A DNA stretch of 64,000 nt from the human T2T-CHM13v2.0 reference genome, Homo sapiens: NCBI RefSeq assembly GCF_009914755.1, contig NC_060929.1; one strand, written 5' to 3'. Position 1 is the first letter of the stretch. Each line of letters starts with the position of its first letter. Under the pieces are notes generated by a model. It saw nothing but the letters and a program-made list of their open reading frames with translations, had not been told where the DNA came from and ran no database searches. Below, in pieces: positions 17,794 through 35,219 of this stretch. The position numbers and the translations under genes were made by a program.

Positions 17794-18513
17794 TGTTACT
17801 GGCAGCAAATCCTTATCTGTATGGGGTCTGCAGCAACCTCAATTCTTGCCTCCTCTGAAGAAAGAATTTGACTGAGGGGCATAAGGCAAAAGGAGAGACA
17901 GAGGCAAATTTTAGAGCAGGAGTGAAAGTTTATTAAAAAGCCTTAGAGCAGGACAGAAAAAAAGTAAAGTACACTTGGAAGCATGCCAAGCGGGTACCTT
18001 GAGAGATCAAGTGCATGGTTTGACCTTTTGACTTGGGGTTTTGTATGTTGGCATGCTTCTGGGGTCTTGCTTTCCTTCTCCCCTAATTCTTCCTTGGGAA
18101 GGGCTGTCCGCATGCACAGTGGTCTGCTAGCAATTGGGAGGGGAGCATGCACAGCGTGTTTATTGGAGTTGTATGCATGCTCACTTGAGGTGTTCTTCCC
18201 TTGCCAGTCAAATCTTCCTAGGAGGTCATACACCAGTTAAACTCTGTCATTTTGCCTTTGAATGCACATGCTTGAGCCCTCTTGCCAAGCTCCTGAGATC
18301 TCATCGGGAAGCTGCTGACCAACATTTCATGTGTTTTCTAACTATTGGGAGACTCCCTTCTCTGGCTCCAGCGTGACCAATTATTATTTTAGAGAGACCA
18401 TTAACAACTGCCTGACCATCATCTGATGGTCACCTGACATTCCGTGTGGTAATGGGGGGTGAGGGGGGCCCTCTCCTGCCCTGCTCATGTCTGACTAGCT
18501 ACCTACTGTAACA
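17794..18513 (-). mobile_element. ERV1 solo LTR, MER50-like
   Basis: Minus strand begins TGTTACAGTAGGTAGCTAGTCAGACATGAGCAGGGCAGGAGAGGG; TGTTAC...GTAACA ends; 720 bp; 4-bp flanks GTTC/GTAC. Confidence 0.75.
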
Positions 18514-19599
18514 GTACTGAAATAAGTGCACTATTTCAGAGATGGTGGGGAAAGAAGTCAGGATTCTAGGGGAAAAAGACTTAATTTACCAAAGCACACT
18601 CTTCCATTAGCATCACTAAAAAACTTCTCAAACTAGGGAAATGATAAATTTCTGGGTCTTATCATATACTATTTTTGTCCTAAAAGCCTTACCATAAAAA
18701 TTAAAACTACAACAACCAGAGTCACATGAAAATTTTACCAAAGCAGAGAAAATAATTTTGGTCCCGCATGGCTGTCAGTCTGGAGGCAATTAATTATTAT
18801 ATTCCATGTTTTTATTGGTGTGTTGCGAAGTTTCATCACACAAAAGTTCATTTTTCCCTTTTGCATGTTAAGTGATAATGGAAAAGAAAATTATTATTAT
18901 AAAACACTTTAATCTACGTAATGCTTTAGTTGTACTTGTTCTACTTCATAATGGAAAAGTATACAACTGTTTTGCAAATATATTTATATACCTTCATTTT
19001 TTCTGATAAGAGCAAATTATTTTTTCTTTAAGAAAAATTTTCACACCTAAAATAAGAATGTATTATTTTCCACTTAGAAACTAAGTAGAAAACTAGATTC
19101 TGTCATCTGAATGTTAATTTTGTTTTACTAATTTAAATTATTTTCACCAATTACAATTTTTTAATTGCAGCTTTTCCTTCCAAAATGTGGGTGGAGTAAA
19201 GAGTTAACTATGTGTTTTCTCCCGAACACAATCTTTCACAATATCCTCCAATCTTATCCATATTCTTATTGTTTAAAATTGAATGTGCACTTTATTTTCA
19301 GATTTTAATTTGTTAATTTAGTTCCTCTGGGATGAAAAGAAGTTGAAAATTTATGCAAACACTTTGTTGTCTGTCTAGAATATTAATTACATATCTATAG
19401 ATATAATATGCCACATACTATAGCAATGATGCATATGCATATATAACAAACAGATATCCAGAGATAATCTTTCCTTGAAACCCTACATCAGTTCATATAG
19501 GGCTCCTCTGTCACCCAAAGCCAGCTGGGGTTCAGACAGACCAAGGTTACTAGCAGCTTACATGACAGAGAAACACATACACATTGCATCACATTGGGA

Positions 19600-20135
19600 T
19601 TTGCCCAGAGGATTTTAATACATGTAGTACAATGCTGTGTGCACTGATTATTATTATCATTATTTTTTGCACTTCCACTCCCCATCCGTTCTCCATCCTT
19701 CTCTCTCCTCCTCCATGCCCTGGAAGGGTGAGCCCTGGAGACATCATCTCCCATACCCCCATGGGAGCTGGTTTCCGTCTAGATTTGGCCAGGCTGCTGA
19801 GAAGAAAGCAGATCATGGGAAGCTAGGGATGTAAGAGACTGACTCATTTCTGCCTCTCTGCTCCAGCACCACCTCTCTAATAGTAGCTGATTTCTTCCAG
19901 GACTACCCAGGAAAAGCACAGTGGCCTTATCTACAGGTTCCCAGCTCTCTTAGCTCCAGAAACTCTGTGCCCACCCATCCTTACCCCCACACCAATCCTT
20001 TCCTTTCTAGCGAAACATCCCTTTTTTACCACCCTCACCCCAGCACACACCTCTGTGAGTAGTTCAGCCATGACTGTGGGTTTTTCCTAGCCTATCTAGG
20101 TGAATTCTGTTTTCCAACCAGAACCGCGCCTGACA
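19600..20135 (-). mobile_element. Degenerate ERVL-type LTR (LTR33/LTR16-like)
   Basis: Minus strand begins TGTCAGG...GGAAAACAGAATTCAC; resemblance only. Confidence 0.35.
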
Positions 20136-20737
20136 GAGGAGCCATCTAAGACTTCCCATCCAGACCTGATTTTTGGTTGATCAATCCTTAATTCATATAG
20201 GAAAAAGGAGAGAGAAAACACTAAGGGAGAAAATCATTTCTCTACCACAACCCGATACGACTGCATCTCAATTTGTTCCACCATATTTCATATCATTTAA
20301 AAACACCACTTTCCTGACACTGCTTCTAAATGTTGAATCCTTACCCAATACATCTGAATGTCTGCATTTTTTTTTTTTTATCTAATTTAGAGAGTACAGC
20401 AGTTTCTCAGATGGGAAATAGGCAGTAAAGACAGGTGGCTTCCACTGAAAACCAAAATGAGATTTCATGAGTCCTCTTCAGCCATTTTATTAGCACACTC
20501 TGATTTTAGGGCTGAAGCAATCTGTTCCACCACCCCTCTGTTCAGACTTGTTTCCAGGACCACAGTACCAATTTGTCTGAAAGCAAAAGTTTTCTGCTGT
20601 GTTTTTGATAATGAATCTGCTATAAGCACATTTTATTTTCTTGCACAACTGAGGCGAGAACTCTAGACTCAGAATCTGCTACATTTTTTAATTAACAAAG
20701 GAATTTATCCTATTTATTTAATGGAGAGAAAGTCTTT

Positions 20738-20850
20738 TGTGGTGGTGTATGCCTGTACTCTCAGGTACTCAGGAGGCTGGAGGAGTTCAAGGTCAACCTG
20801 GACAAAACAGCAAGACCAAGACCCCATATCTAAAATAAAAAAAAGAAAAA
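20738..20850 (+). mobile_element. Alu monomer fragment (FLAM-like)
   Basis: GGTGGTG..TGCCTGTA...GGAGTTCAAGGTCAACCTGG...A-rich tail. Confidence 0.7.
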
Positions 20851-21506
20851 CTATAATGGGGTCAGTAAGATCATAGTCAGCGTGTTAATTATCACAAGAT
20901 AGGTTAATAAATTCACATTGCTAAGGCAAATATTTAAAACCAAGTAAATAAACATAACTCAGATAACAAATATTCTGTCACATTGTTTCTTATAGTCAGT
21001 ATAAACATGCTTTGAGATTAACATAGCCTTAAGACTATAGGTTACAATTGTTAAGAAAAAAAAAAAAACCTGTATTTAGAAGCCGCATATCATAGAAAGC
21101 TCCCTGCTCTTAATAAAAATTTTAAGGAACCATAATTGTGTTTAAAAGAGACAACATTCCTATAAAATAGAAGAACTTTGCTCCTCCTCCCACCCTAGGC
21201 GGAGAGTTATTTGTATATTGTGTTCTTAAAATCACCAAATATAAGCACTTATTTGAAAGAAAAGAAGGCCAATTGATTTGATATGAAATGCATGCATACC
21301 ATGGCTGTAAAACTTAAAAGGAACAAAAGAATATGTAGGGAAAAGAAAGTATGTTTCTCTCCTACCCCAAGACCCTGGCCATCAAGTTCTCCTCCCCAGA
21401 AGCAACTAACGTTACCAGTTTTCTGTATATTTTTCAGAAATATTCAGTGCATAAGCAAGCATGTAACTATATTTTCATTTGTTTTTCATAAATTATAACA
21501 TACTAG

Positions 21507-21892
<386 letters not shown>

Positions 21893-22810
21893 CAGTTGGC
21901 TTATTTTTAACATAAAGATACATAGTTAAATTGCATAGGTGTACCACAACTTAGTCTATTTTTAGACATTTAGATTGTTTCCAGTATTTTGATATTTTAA
22001 ACAACGATGCTTCAAATAGGAAAGAATATATATTCTAATATATCTACATATTCATGTAGATATACATATTAGAATTAATTCCTAGAACTGTAATTTCTGT
22101 CAAAGGATAGGCATGTTCTACATTTTGACAATGGAAATATATGGTAGAAATTTAATCAATGATAAAGATTTAAGGTAGGAAAATCTAATTGGAATTCAAG
22201 ATCTAAATGTCTGAAAATATATAAAGTGAATAGCCAAAATATCTGTTTTAAAAATGTAAGCTTTTTATAGTTAAACAGAGACAAACTAGTAATCAGTGGG
22301 GTTTAACTTGGTTTGAGAATGAGAATAATAATATAGAAATCTTGGGAAATAATTATCAACCTTTGGAGTAACTAAAACTAGTTCTACATGGATGTTTCAT
22401 TTAGTCTTTTCTAAAGTGGAGAAAAAAATGTAGGCAGAGTAATTCAAAGTCATGTCTTGTTCTCTTTTTTAAAAATTATTTGTTTTTAATTCTTATGAGT
22501 ACATTGTAGGTGTATATATTTATAGGTTACATGACATATTTTTATACAGCCATGCATGTATAATAACCACATCAGGGTAAATGGGATATCCATCACCTCA
22601 AGCATTTATCTTTTGTGTTTCAAACAATCCAGTTATACTCTTAGCTATTTTTAAATGTACAATAAATTATTGTAGACTGTAGTCACCTTGTTGTACTATC
22701 AAATACTAGACCTTATTCATTCTATCTAATTAAATTTTTGTACCTATTAACCATCCCTACTTCTCTCCCATCCCCATACCGACTATCCTTCCCAGACTCT
22801 GGTAACTATC

Positions 22811-25456
<2,646 letters not shown>

Positions 25457-27315
25457 CCATTCTTTTACTCTCTATCCTCATGAGTTCAATTGTTTTAATT
25501 TTTAGCTCCCACCAATAAGTGAGAACATGCAATGTTTGTCTTTATGTGTCTGACTTACTTCACTTAACATAATGACCTCTACTTCCATCCATGTTGTTGC
25601 AAAGGACAGGTTTTTATTCTTTTTATGGCTGAATAGTACTCCATTGTGTATATGTAACATATTTTTAATCCATTCTACTTTTTTGATGTTGGCACTTATA
25701 GCTATAAACTTTTCCCCTTAGTTATGCTTTTGCTGAATCTACAGATTTTAGTATGTTAGGGTTCCATTTTCATTTGTTTCAGGAAATTTTTCTATTTCCT
25801 TCTTAATTTCTTCATTTCTCCACTGGTCATTCAGAAGTACATTGTTTAATTTCCACACTTGCACAGCTTCCAAAATTCCTCTTGTTATTTATTTCTAGTT
25901 TTATTCCATTGTGGTCAAAGAACAGGCTGGATATTACTTTAATTTTTTGAATATTGTAAGACTTGTTTTGTGACCTAACATGCGGTCTATCCTTGAGAAT
26001 AATCCATGTGCAAAGGAAAACAAAATATATTCTGCAGTCATTAGATGAAATGTTCCATAAATAACTGTTAGGTCAATTTGGGCAATAATGCAGATTAACT
26101 TTGATGTTTCTTTGTTGATTGTCTGGAAGGTCTGTCCAATGCTGGAAGAGGGGTGCTTAAGTCTCCAGCTAATATTGTTTTGGAGTCTATCTCTCTCTTT
26201 AACTATAGTAATATTTGCTTTATATATCTAAGTGCCCCAGTGTTGGGTGCATATATATTTACAGTTGTTATATCCTGTTGCTGAATTAGCCCCTTTATCA
26301 CTATATAGTGACCTTCTTTGTCCATTTTTAGTTTCTGTCTTGAAATCTATGTTGCCTGTTATAAATACAGAGCCTCCTGGGGTTTTCTGGTTTTCATTGA
26401 CATGGGATGTGTTTTTTAATCTTTTTATTTCAGTCTATACGTGTCTTTAAAGGTAAAATCTGTTTCTTGTAGGCAACAGATCAGTAGGTCTCTTTTCTTA
26501 CCCATTTAGCCACCCTGTCTTTTGATTGGAAAGTTTAGTCCATTTATTAAAGAATCTGTGTGCTTGGGCAGGGAGAAGGCAGAGAGGCAGAGACTATGCA
26601 TTATTCAATGTTATTATTGACAAGTCAGGACTTACTTGTGCCATTTTGTTATTTGTTTTCTGGTTGTTTTGTGGTTTTCTCTTCCTTCATTCTTTCCTTC
26701 CTGTCTTCCTTTTAGTGAAGATGATTTTCTCTGGTATATGATTAATTTCTTGCTTTTTATTTTTTTTGTGTCTGTTGTATGTTTTTTGATTTGAGGTTAC
26801 CATGAGGCTTGCAAATACTATCTTATAACCTATTTTAAGCTCATAAAAACTTAACATCATTTGCATAAACAAAAACAAAAAAAAGGAAAACTAATAAAAA
26901 CTCTACACCTTAACTTTGTCTCCCTGCTTTTTAACTTTTTGTTGTTTCTATTTACATCTTATTGTACAATGTCTTGAAAAGTTGTTTTCATTTTTTTTTT
27001 TTTTTTGGTTCATTGCTTAGTCTTTCTATTTAAGATAAGATTAGTTTACACAGTGCAGTTAAGGTGTTATAATATTCTGTGTTTTCCTGTGTACTTATTA
27101 TTACCAGTGAGCTTTGTACTTTCAGATGACTTCTTATTGCTCATTAACATCCTTTTCTTTCTGATTGAAGTACCCTTTTTGCATTTCATGTAGGACAGGT
27201 CTGGTGTTAAGGAAGTCCTTCAGCTTTTTCTTGTCTCAGAAAGTCTTTATTTCTCTTTCATGCTTAAAGGATATTTTCACCAGGTATATTATTCTAGGAT
27301 AAAAGTTTTTTTCCT

Positions 27316-28053
27316 TCAGCACTTTAAATATGTCATGCCACTTTCTCCTGGCCTGTAACATTTCCACTGAAAAGTCTGTTGCCAGATATATTGGAGCTCC
27401 TTCATATGTAATTTGTTCCTTTTCTCTTGCTGTTTTAGGATGCTTTCTTTATCCTTGACTTTTAGGAGTTTATTTAATGGCTTGATGTTCTCTTTTGGAT
27501 TAAATCTGCTTGGTGTTCTATAACCATCTTGTACTTGGACATTGTTATCTTTTTCTAGGTTTGGAAAGTTCTCTGCTATGACCCCTTTGAATAAACTTTC
27601 TACCCCTATCTCTTTTTCTACCTCCTTTCTAAGACCAATAACTCTTAGATTTGCCCTTTTGAAGCTGTTTTCTAGATCTTTCAGACATGCTTCGTTCTTT
27701 TTTATTCTTTTTTCTTTTGTCTTCCCTGACTGTGTATTTTCAAATAGCCTCTGTTCAAGCTCACTAGTTCTTCCTTCTGCTTGAACAATTCTGCTATTAA
27801 AAGACTTGGATGCATTCTTCAGTATGTCAGTTGCATTTTTCAACTCCAGAATTTCTGCTTTATTATTTTTAACTATTTCATTCTCTTCATTAAATTTTTC
27901 TGATAGAATTCTGAATCCCTTCTCTGTGTTATCTTGAATTTCTTTGAGTTTCCTCAAAACAGCTATTTTGGATTTTTCGTCTGAAAGATCACATATTTCT
28001 CTTTCTCCAGAACTGGTCACTGGTGTTTTATTTAGTTTGCTTAGCAAGGTCAT
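27316..28053 (-). pseudogene. L1 ORF1 remnant (245-aa open segment)
   Basis: Coiled coil followed by KRANLRVIGL...VIAENFPNLEKD...RTPSRFN, typical of ORF1p. Confidence 0.88.
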
Positions 28054-29037
28054 ATTTTCCTGGATGGTCTTGATGCTAGCAGATGTTTGTCAGTGTCTGG
28101 GCATTGAAGAGTTAGGTATTTATTATAGTCTTCACAGTCTGGGCTTATTTGTACCCATCCTTTTTGGGAAGGCTTCCCAGGTATTCAAAAGGACTCGACT
28201 GTTGTGATGTAAGCCATATCTGCATTAGGGACACCCAAAGCCCAGTAACACTGTGGTTCTTGCAGATTCATAGAGGTACCACCTTGGTGGTCTTGGATAA
28301 GATCCTAATTCTCTGGATTACCAGGCAGAGACTCTTGTTCTCTTCCTTTGCTTTCTCCCAAACAGACAGAGTCTTTCTCTCTGTGCTGAGCCACCTGGAG
28401 CTGAGAGAGGGATGACACATGCACCCCTGTTGCCATCACCACTGGGACTGTGCTGGGTCAGACCTGATGTTAGCATAGCACTGGGTCTTGCCCAAGCCCT
28501 GAGGTAACCACTACCTGGTTACCACCTATGTTAGCTCAAGACCTTAGGGCTGTACAATCAGCAGGTGGTGAAGCCAGACAGGCTTGTGTCCTTCCCTTCA
28601 AGGCAGTGAGTCAGGACCTGGGTGAGTCCAGAGATACCATCAGGAGCCAGGGCCTGGATTCAAAACCTTAGAAATCTACCTACATTCTATTGTACTGTTA
28701 CTGAGCTGGCACTCAAAGCACAAGATGCAGTCTTCCCTTTCTTCTTCCCTCCCTCCTCTAGTTCCTCCACAAACAGAGAAGCCTCATACTGTGGCCACCA
28801 CCACCACAGTCTCACAGGGAGTACTGTCAGGCTCCCACCAATGTTCACTTAAGGCCCAAGGGCTCTTCAGTCAGCTTGTGATGAATATCACCAGGCCTGG
28901 GACTCACCCTTTAGGACATTAGGCTTCCCTCTGGCCCAGGGTAGGCCAAGAAAGGCTGTCCAAGAACCAAGGCCTAGATTTGGGGACCTCAAGAGCCCAC
29001 CTGATGCTCTACATCCTGTGGTTGAGTTGGTACCTAA

Positions 29038-29530
<493 letters not shown>

Positions 29531-30298
29531 CCCAAGGGTTCTTTAGTCAGACATAATAGGTTCTGCCAGAAATGGGCCCTTCACTTCAAGGTAATGGGTT
29601 TCCATGTGACTAGAAGTGTCATCTGGGAGCTGGGTCCTGGAAAGGGGGCCTCATGATTCTGACCGGCACCCTATCTTACTGTGACTGAGCTGGTATCGAA
29701 GATGCAAGACAAAATTCTCTTTATTCTTTTCTCTCCTCTCCTCAAGCAGAAGGAAGGGGTGTCTCTTTGTACCCATGAGCTGTGCAGCCTGGTTTTGGGG
29801 AAGGGGCAGTGCAAGCATGCCCTTAGCCACCCTGGCTAATGTCTCAGTAGGTCATACGCCCCTGAGTCCACTGACTATGAGCCCAGCTCAGAACTAGGAC
29901 TTGCCTAGAAGTTGCAGTCTTTGTGGCCTAACTTTATTTAGGGCCCCAGAGCACTCCAGGCTGCAGTGGTGAGGCTTGAGGGAACTCAAGTTCTGAGTGC
30001 TGGGATAGGCAATTTATCTCTGGCCAGGGCCGGTCCAAATGCTCCCTCTGTGGTGGAGTGGGAGTGGCATCAGGTAAGTGCAGCCCTATTCTGCTTTCCA
30101 CTGTGACAAGGCAACACTGAGTTAAGTGCAAAGTCTCACAATTGCTGCATTCTCCCTCCCCAAGCACACAGATTCTCTGCACCATGCAGCGGCTGGAGGG
30201 GAAGGGGGAATGGTATGGGGGAGGGGCATTGTTGGCAATTCAAGACTGGCTTTCCTATGCTTTTCAGTACCTCTTTCAGTAATATGAAGTTAAAAACC

Positions 30299-30603
30299 CC
30301 CCGGGCGCGATGGCTCATGCCTGTAATCCCAGCACTTTGGGAGGCTGAGGCAGGCAGATCACCTAAGGTCAGGAGTTCGAGACCATCCTGACCAACATGG
30401 AGGAACCCCGTCTCTACTAAAAATACAAAATTAGCTAGATGTGGTGGCGCATGCCTGTAATCCCAGCTACACAGGAGGCTGAGGCAGGAGAATCTCTTGA
30501 ACCTGGGAGGTGAGGTGGAGGTTGCGGTGAGCCGAGATCGTGCCATTGCACTCCAGCCTGGGCAACAAGAGCAGAACTCCGTCTCAAAAAGAAAAAAAAA
30601 AAA
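30299..30603 (+). mobile_element. AluS (Sp/Sq-like)
   Basis: Full dimer with A-tail. Confidence 0.92.
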
Positions 30604-30991
30604 CAGGTACTGTGAGTGCTCACCTGATTTTTGGTTCTTATGAAGGTGCTTTTTTGTCTGTAGATAGTTGTTAAATTTGCTGTTCTTGTTGAGTGGGAGG
30701 ATAATTGGTGCAGCCTTCTATTCTACCATATTGCTCTGCTCCCCTCCAAAATCATATCTTTAAAAATGACCACATGGAGTCTGAACAGGATATTCATAAA
30801 ATGGATGAGTCAAAGGAATATTGTAACAACATATTGCAAATAAATAAAGGTTTTCTATTTCCTTTCCATTTCATAAGAGGGTTTTCATAAACAAGGGTTT
30901 TCTATTTCCTTTTCACTCAAATGACATTAGGATTGTTTTTGCAAGATATTCTCTAAATGAATTTTTTAGGAAGTTTATCAATTTTACAGAA

Positions 30992-31948
30992 TTATTAGTA
31001 CCATAAATTGATATATAACAAAGTACCACAAATTCAGCAGCTTAAAGTAATCCCTATGTATTTGCTCACAGTTCTGTCTGTCAGAGTTCAGGCATGACAT
31101 GGCTGGACAAGGTTGAAACCAAGGTATTGGCTAGTCTGTGGTCTCATCTGGAGCTCAGGGTCCTCTTCCAATCTCACATGGTTGTTAAAGAACCCATTCC
31201 CCTGAGGCTGCAGGTCTCAAGTCTCCATCTCCTTCCTGGCAATCAGCCATAGGCTGCTCTCTGCTCCCCATTCATTGCCACATGGCCCCTTCCAATTTCA
31301 GAGCCAACAACAGATAGAGACTCTCTCCAGAGTCAATTCACACTTCAAACTCTAACTTCCTCTCTGATGCCTATACCCATATTTAAAGGGTTTATTCTAT
31401 AAGGTCAGGCCCACCTGGATAATCTCCCTGTTTTAAAGTTGACTGATTTGGGAGTTTAGTGACATCTGCAAAATCCCTTCACAGCAGCACCTGGATTAGT
31501 GTTTGACTGAATAACTGAGAGAAGGCCTGTGTTTACCAGGGGCCAGGAATCTTGATGGCTGCAATGGACTGAATGCGTCCCCATAAAATTAGTATGATAA
31601 AACCCGAATCCTAGTGTGATGGTACTAGGAGGTGGGGTCCTTTGGAGGTGATTAGGTCATAATGGTGGAGTCCCCATGAATGGGATTAGTGAGCTCATAA
31701 AAGAGACCTCAGAACACTCTCTTGCCCTCCTTCCACCATGTGAGGATGCTATGAGAAGATGGTTGTCTGCAATCCAGAAGTTGGCCCTCCCTAGAACCTG
31801 ACCATACTGGCACCCTGATCTTGGACTTCCAGCTTCCAGAAATATGAGAAATAAATGTCTGTTGGTAAAGCCACCAAGACCATAATAATTTGTTATACCG
31901 GCCGTAAAAGACTAAGACTGGCGCTATCTTAGAATTTGGCCTACCACA
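30992..31948 (-). mobile_element. MLT1E-like MaLR LTR interrupted by an MLT1A-like LTR (31560-31919, + strand)
   Basis: Outer: ACCACAAATTCAGCAGCTTAAA...CCAGGAATCTT / ATCTTAGAATTTGGCCTACCACA; inner: TGCAATGGACTGAATG...AGAAATAAATG...GACTAAGAC. Confidence 0.65.
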
Positions 31949-32581
31949 TAACAGAATTTATCTTAAAGATAAAAGCTTTTTATGATGTGATGTATTACCA
32001 TCATATTGTAATTTATCATGTTCGCTTAAACCACAAAATCAGATAAGAAGCAAATAAGTCTTGGAGATTGTGTGCACTCTCTTTCTCTGTCTCTCTTTCT
32101 GTCTCTCTCTCTCTCTTTTCACTTGAAACACTCTATTTGTCCCGCCAAATTTCAGGATTATTCACACAATTGTATACTTTATTACGAAGCATATTTTATT
32201 CAGAATTTCTTCATAAATGTATGAAAGTTATAAAAGTGTGACATTTGCTACCATGGCAGGAAAAATAAAGACAAAAGCAAGGCTATTTAGTGCAATATTT
32301 ACCCTTTTTTAAAAAGTAAGCATTTCTTCCTTATGCACATTCAAAAGGAGGGGATGACAAATTAACAAAAATGATATGAATGAAATGAAGTGATCCAAAT
32401 ATTCAAATTATGTAAATGTTTAAAGTGAAAAAAAATTTGAGAAATTATTATATAAGATAATCTTACAAACATTCTTATTTGCAAGGTGGGCAATTAACAT
32501 GTTTGCAATTTGTAACTTCACAAAGCAATGCAAATCAGCAGAAGAATCCAAATTTAATTATACACAATTGTACAAAGAGAT

Positions 32582-33140
32582 ACTTTCTTTTTTAAACTTT
32601 TTAAGTTTTTAAAAAATAATTTCAACGTTTAGATTCAGGGAGTATATGTGCGGATTTTTTACATGGACGCTGAGTTTCAGGATATGAATGATCCATCACC
32701 CAGACAGTGAGCATAGTACCCCATAGTGAGTTTTTCAGCCCTTGCCCTCCACCCTCCCTTCCGTTTCTAGTGGTCTTCAGTGTCTATTGTTGCCATCTTT
32801 ATGTCCATGAGTACCCAAAGTTTAGCTCCCACTTGTAAGCGAGAACTTGCAGTATTTTGCATTAATTCACTTAGGATAATGACCTCCAGCTGTATCCATG
32901 TTGCTGCAAGCGACATTATTTTATTCTCTTTTTTATGGTTGTCTAGTATTCCATGGTGTATATATACTACATTTTCTGTATCCAGTTCACCATTAATGGC
33001 CAACTAGGTTGATTCCATATCTTTGCTATTGTGGATAGTGCTGCAATGATTATATGAGTACACATGTCTTTTTGGTAGAATGATTTATTTTCTTTTGGAT
33101 ATATAGCCAGTAATAGGATTTCTGAGTTGAATGGTAGTTT
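32582..33140 (-). mobile_element. L1 3' end (old L1PA/L1PB-like)
   Basis: ATCACCCAGACAGTGAGCATAGTACCC...ATTAATTCACTTAGGATAATGACCTCCAGCTGTATCCATGTTGCTGCAA. Confidence 0.8.
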
Positions 33141-33169
33141 ATTACAAAAGAGTTTTTTTTTTTTTTTTC

Positions 33170-33311
33170 CCTCAGCCCACAGAAGGAACCAACCTTGCTA
33201 ATACTTTGTTCTTGGGCTTCTTGCTTCCAAAACTATGAAATAATAAATTTCTGTTCTTTAAGCCACGAACTTTGTGATAGTTTGTTATGGCAGTCCTAGC
33301 AACCTAGTACA
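33170..33311 (+). mobile_element. MLT1 LTR 3' fragment
   Basis: GAAGGAACCAACC...AATAAATTTCTGTT...TTTGTTATGGCAG...TAGTACA. Confidence 0.6.
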
Positions 33312-33699
33312 AAGATGAAAGCTAAAATGTTGTACATAAGAAAAAGAAATAGAGAGAGCCTTTCTTGGTATGGTGACCAGGGTGGTGAAGACTAAGATCT
33401 GTAAAGCTGGAGAGGCTGTCTGGAGGGTCAAGGGGAAGACAACAAGTCAAAAAGGAACTTTGAGGGGAAGAACAGAGATGTTTAACAGAGATTTTTAAAT
33501 TAAGATTTACTATGTGGTGTGTGTGATGTCATTTTCCTCTTCACCTCCCCAAGAAGTATTTGGTAAAATCTACAACATTAATTATTTCTTAGATAATTTA
33601 GACTTAAAGTTTGGTACCTAAAACAAAAAGCTGTGTCCTGGTTCAGACGAAACATGAAGACAATGACAAGATTTTCCACTGATCCCTGTCATGTCTGCA

Positions 33700-34400
33700 T
33701 TTACATTTCACAGGTATTTATGAGGCACCAACTATGAGTCAGGGACAATGTACATAGAATTCAGAAATAAACAAGATAGACACAGTCTCTGCCCTCATGG
33801 AGAAAGATAGACAATAATAAATACATAATAAATCATATTTCTATTTAACTTGCTATTGGTCTGAGTAATTTTATTTAAACAAGTAATATGTGTAAAGACA
33901 AAGTATAGGATACTGTAATAACATATAACCTAACCTAGACTGGAGAGCCACTGAAGTTCAGACTTGGAGGTTGAGGAAGAACCAATCAGACAACAGTGGC
34001 CTGGGTCAGACTGGGGGTAGTGATGAAGATTTTCTCAGACATACAGAAAAACCTTGTGATAATACTGTGAGGGATCAAAGAGTTCAGTTTATTTGAGAAA
34101 AAGTAGGTGAACCATTGAGTTTGAAACTCAATGAGGGAAGAAGAGAAAGGTAGAAAATGAACCTCAGACTTAAGCAGGGCCAGATCCTTCAGAAACAGGA
34201 TTTTACATTTTATCTGACGTGCAATTGGAAACCACTGAAGTGTTCAGGCAGGACAAGGATATCATCAGATTTTAATTTTAAAACATTTTTCTGTCAGCTT
34301 TGTGGTGAATCAATTGAGGAAGAGGAAAGATGAGTGACATGGCCAGTTAGAGAGCATTACTATGGTTCCATTAAAGATTAAAGTGATTTAGCCCAGGGAG
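33700..34400 (-). mobile_element. L2 LINE fragment
   Basis: TATTTATGAGGCACCAACTATG...GTCTCTGCCCTCATGGAG and downstream purine-rich L2-like sequence. Confidence 0.55.
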
Positions 34401-34818
34401 GTAGCTTCTTCTTGTTGGCTTCTGTCACCCATTCAACCACTGTGGGCCGTGCTTTTGGTTATTTGAGGAAACCTTGCCACCTCCCTGTGGTCTCACTATG
34501 GGGAGATTGCTGTTCCCTATGCCAATCATGCTCTAAAATGCTCAAGGAACTTCTCTGTTGTTCTCTTCAGAGAAAGTGGAAACGAGGTAGATATATTAAA
34601 AAGTGAGATCTTCTTCGTAAATTCTCATTATTCTCCTTTGTGTTTCCTTGCCCCCCAAGGGTCTGTCATAAACATGCCCATTTTATTTTTATTGACTGGA
34701 GACCATTGCTTACTAGACTCAGATGATCCTCTTGACTTTAGTGAACACAAACAATTGATGTTCTTTTCTTATTCAAATTTTGTATTGTGGTAACTATACA
34801 TAACATAAAATTTATCAT

Positions 34819-35219
34819 TGTGTTAGTCTGTTCATGTTGTTACAACAAAATACCACAAACTGTGTTATTTACATGTGATAGAAATTTATTTTGCACAGTT
34901 TTGAAGTCTGGGATGCCCAAAATCAAGACACAAGCAGGTTTGGTGTCTGGTGAGAGTTGCTTGTTCTGCTTCCAAGATGGTGCCGTGGTACTGTATTCTC
35001 AGGAGGGCACAGATGCTGTGTTCTCACATGGCAGAAGAAATGGAAGGGTAAGAGGAACTAAGCTAGTTCCCTCCAGTCCTTTTATAAGACGCTAATCCAT
35101 TTATGAGGGCAAAGCCCTCATGACTTAATCACTTCCCCAAAGGCTCACCTCTTAATACCACCACAATGGGGATTAAGTTTCAGCACATGAATTTTGAGAG
35201 ACTTTAGCAGACCCCAGCA
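34819..35219 (-). mobile_element. MST/MLT1A-type MaLR solo LTR
   Basis: TGTGTTAGTCTGTT...CTTCCAAGATGGTGCC...CTCTTAATACCACCACAATGGGGATTAAGTTTC. Confidence 0.75.

Noticed and set aside
30845-30915. Short direct repeat GGTTTTCTATTTCCTTT twice; similar micro-duplications at ~54330-54360 and ~62897-62928
   Set aside because: Small slippage-type duplications with no sign of function.
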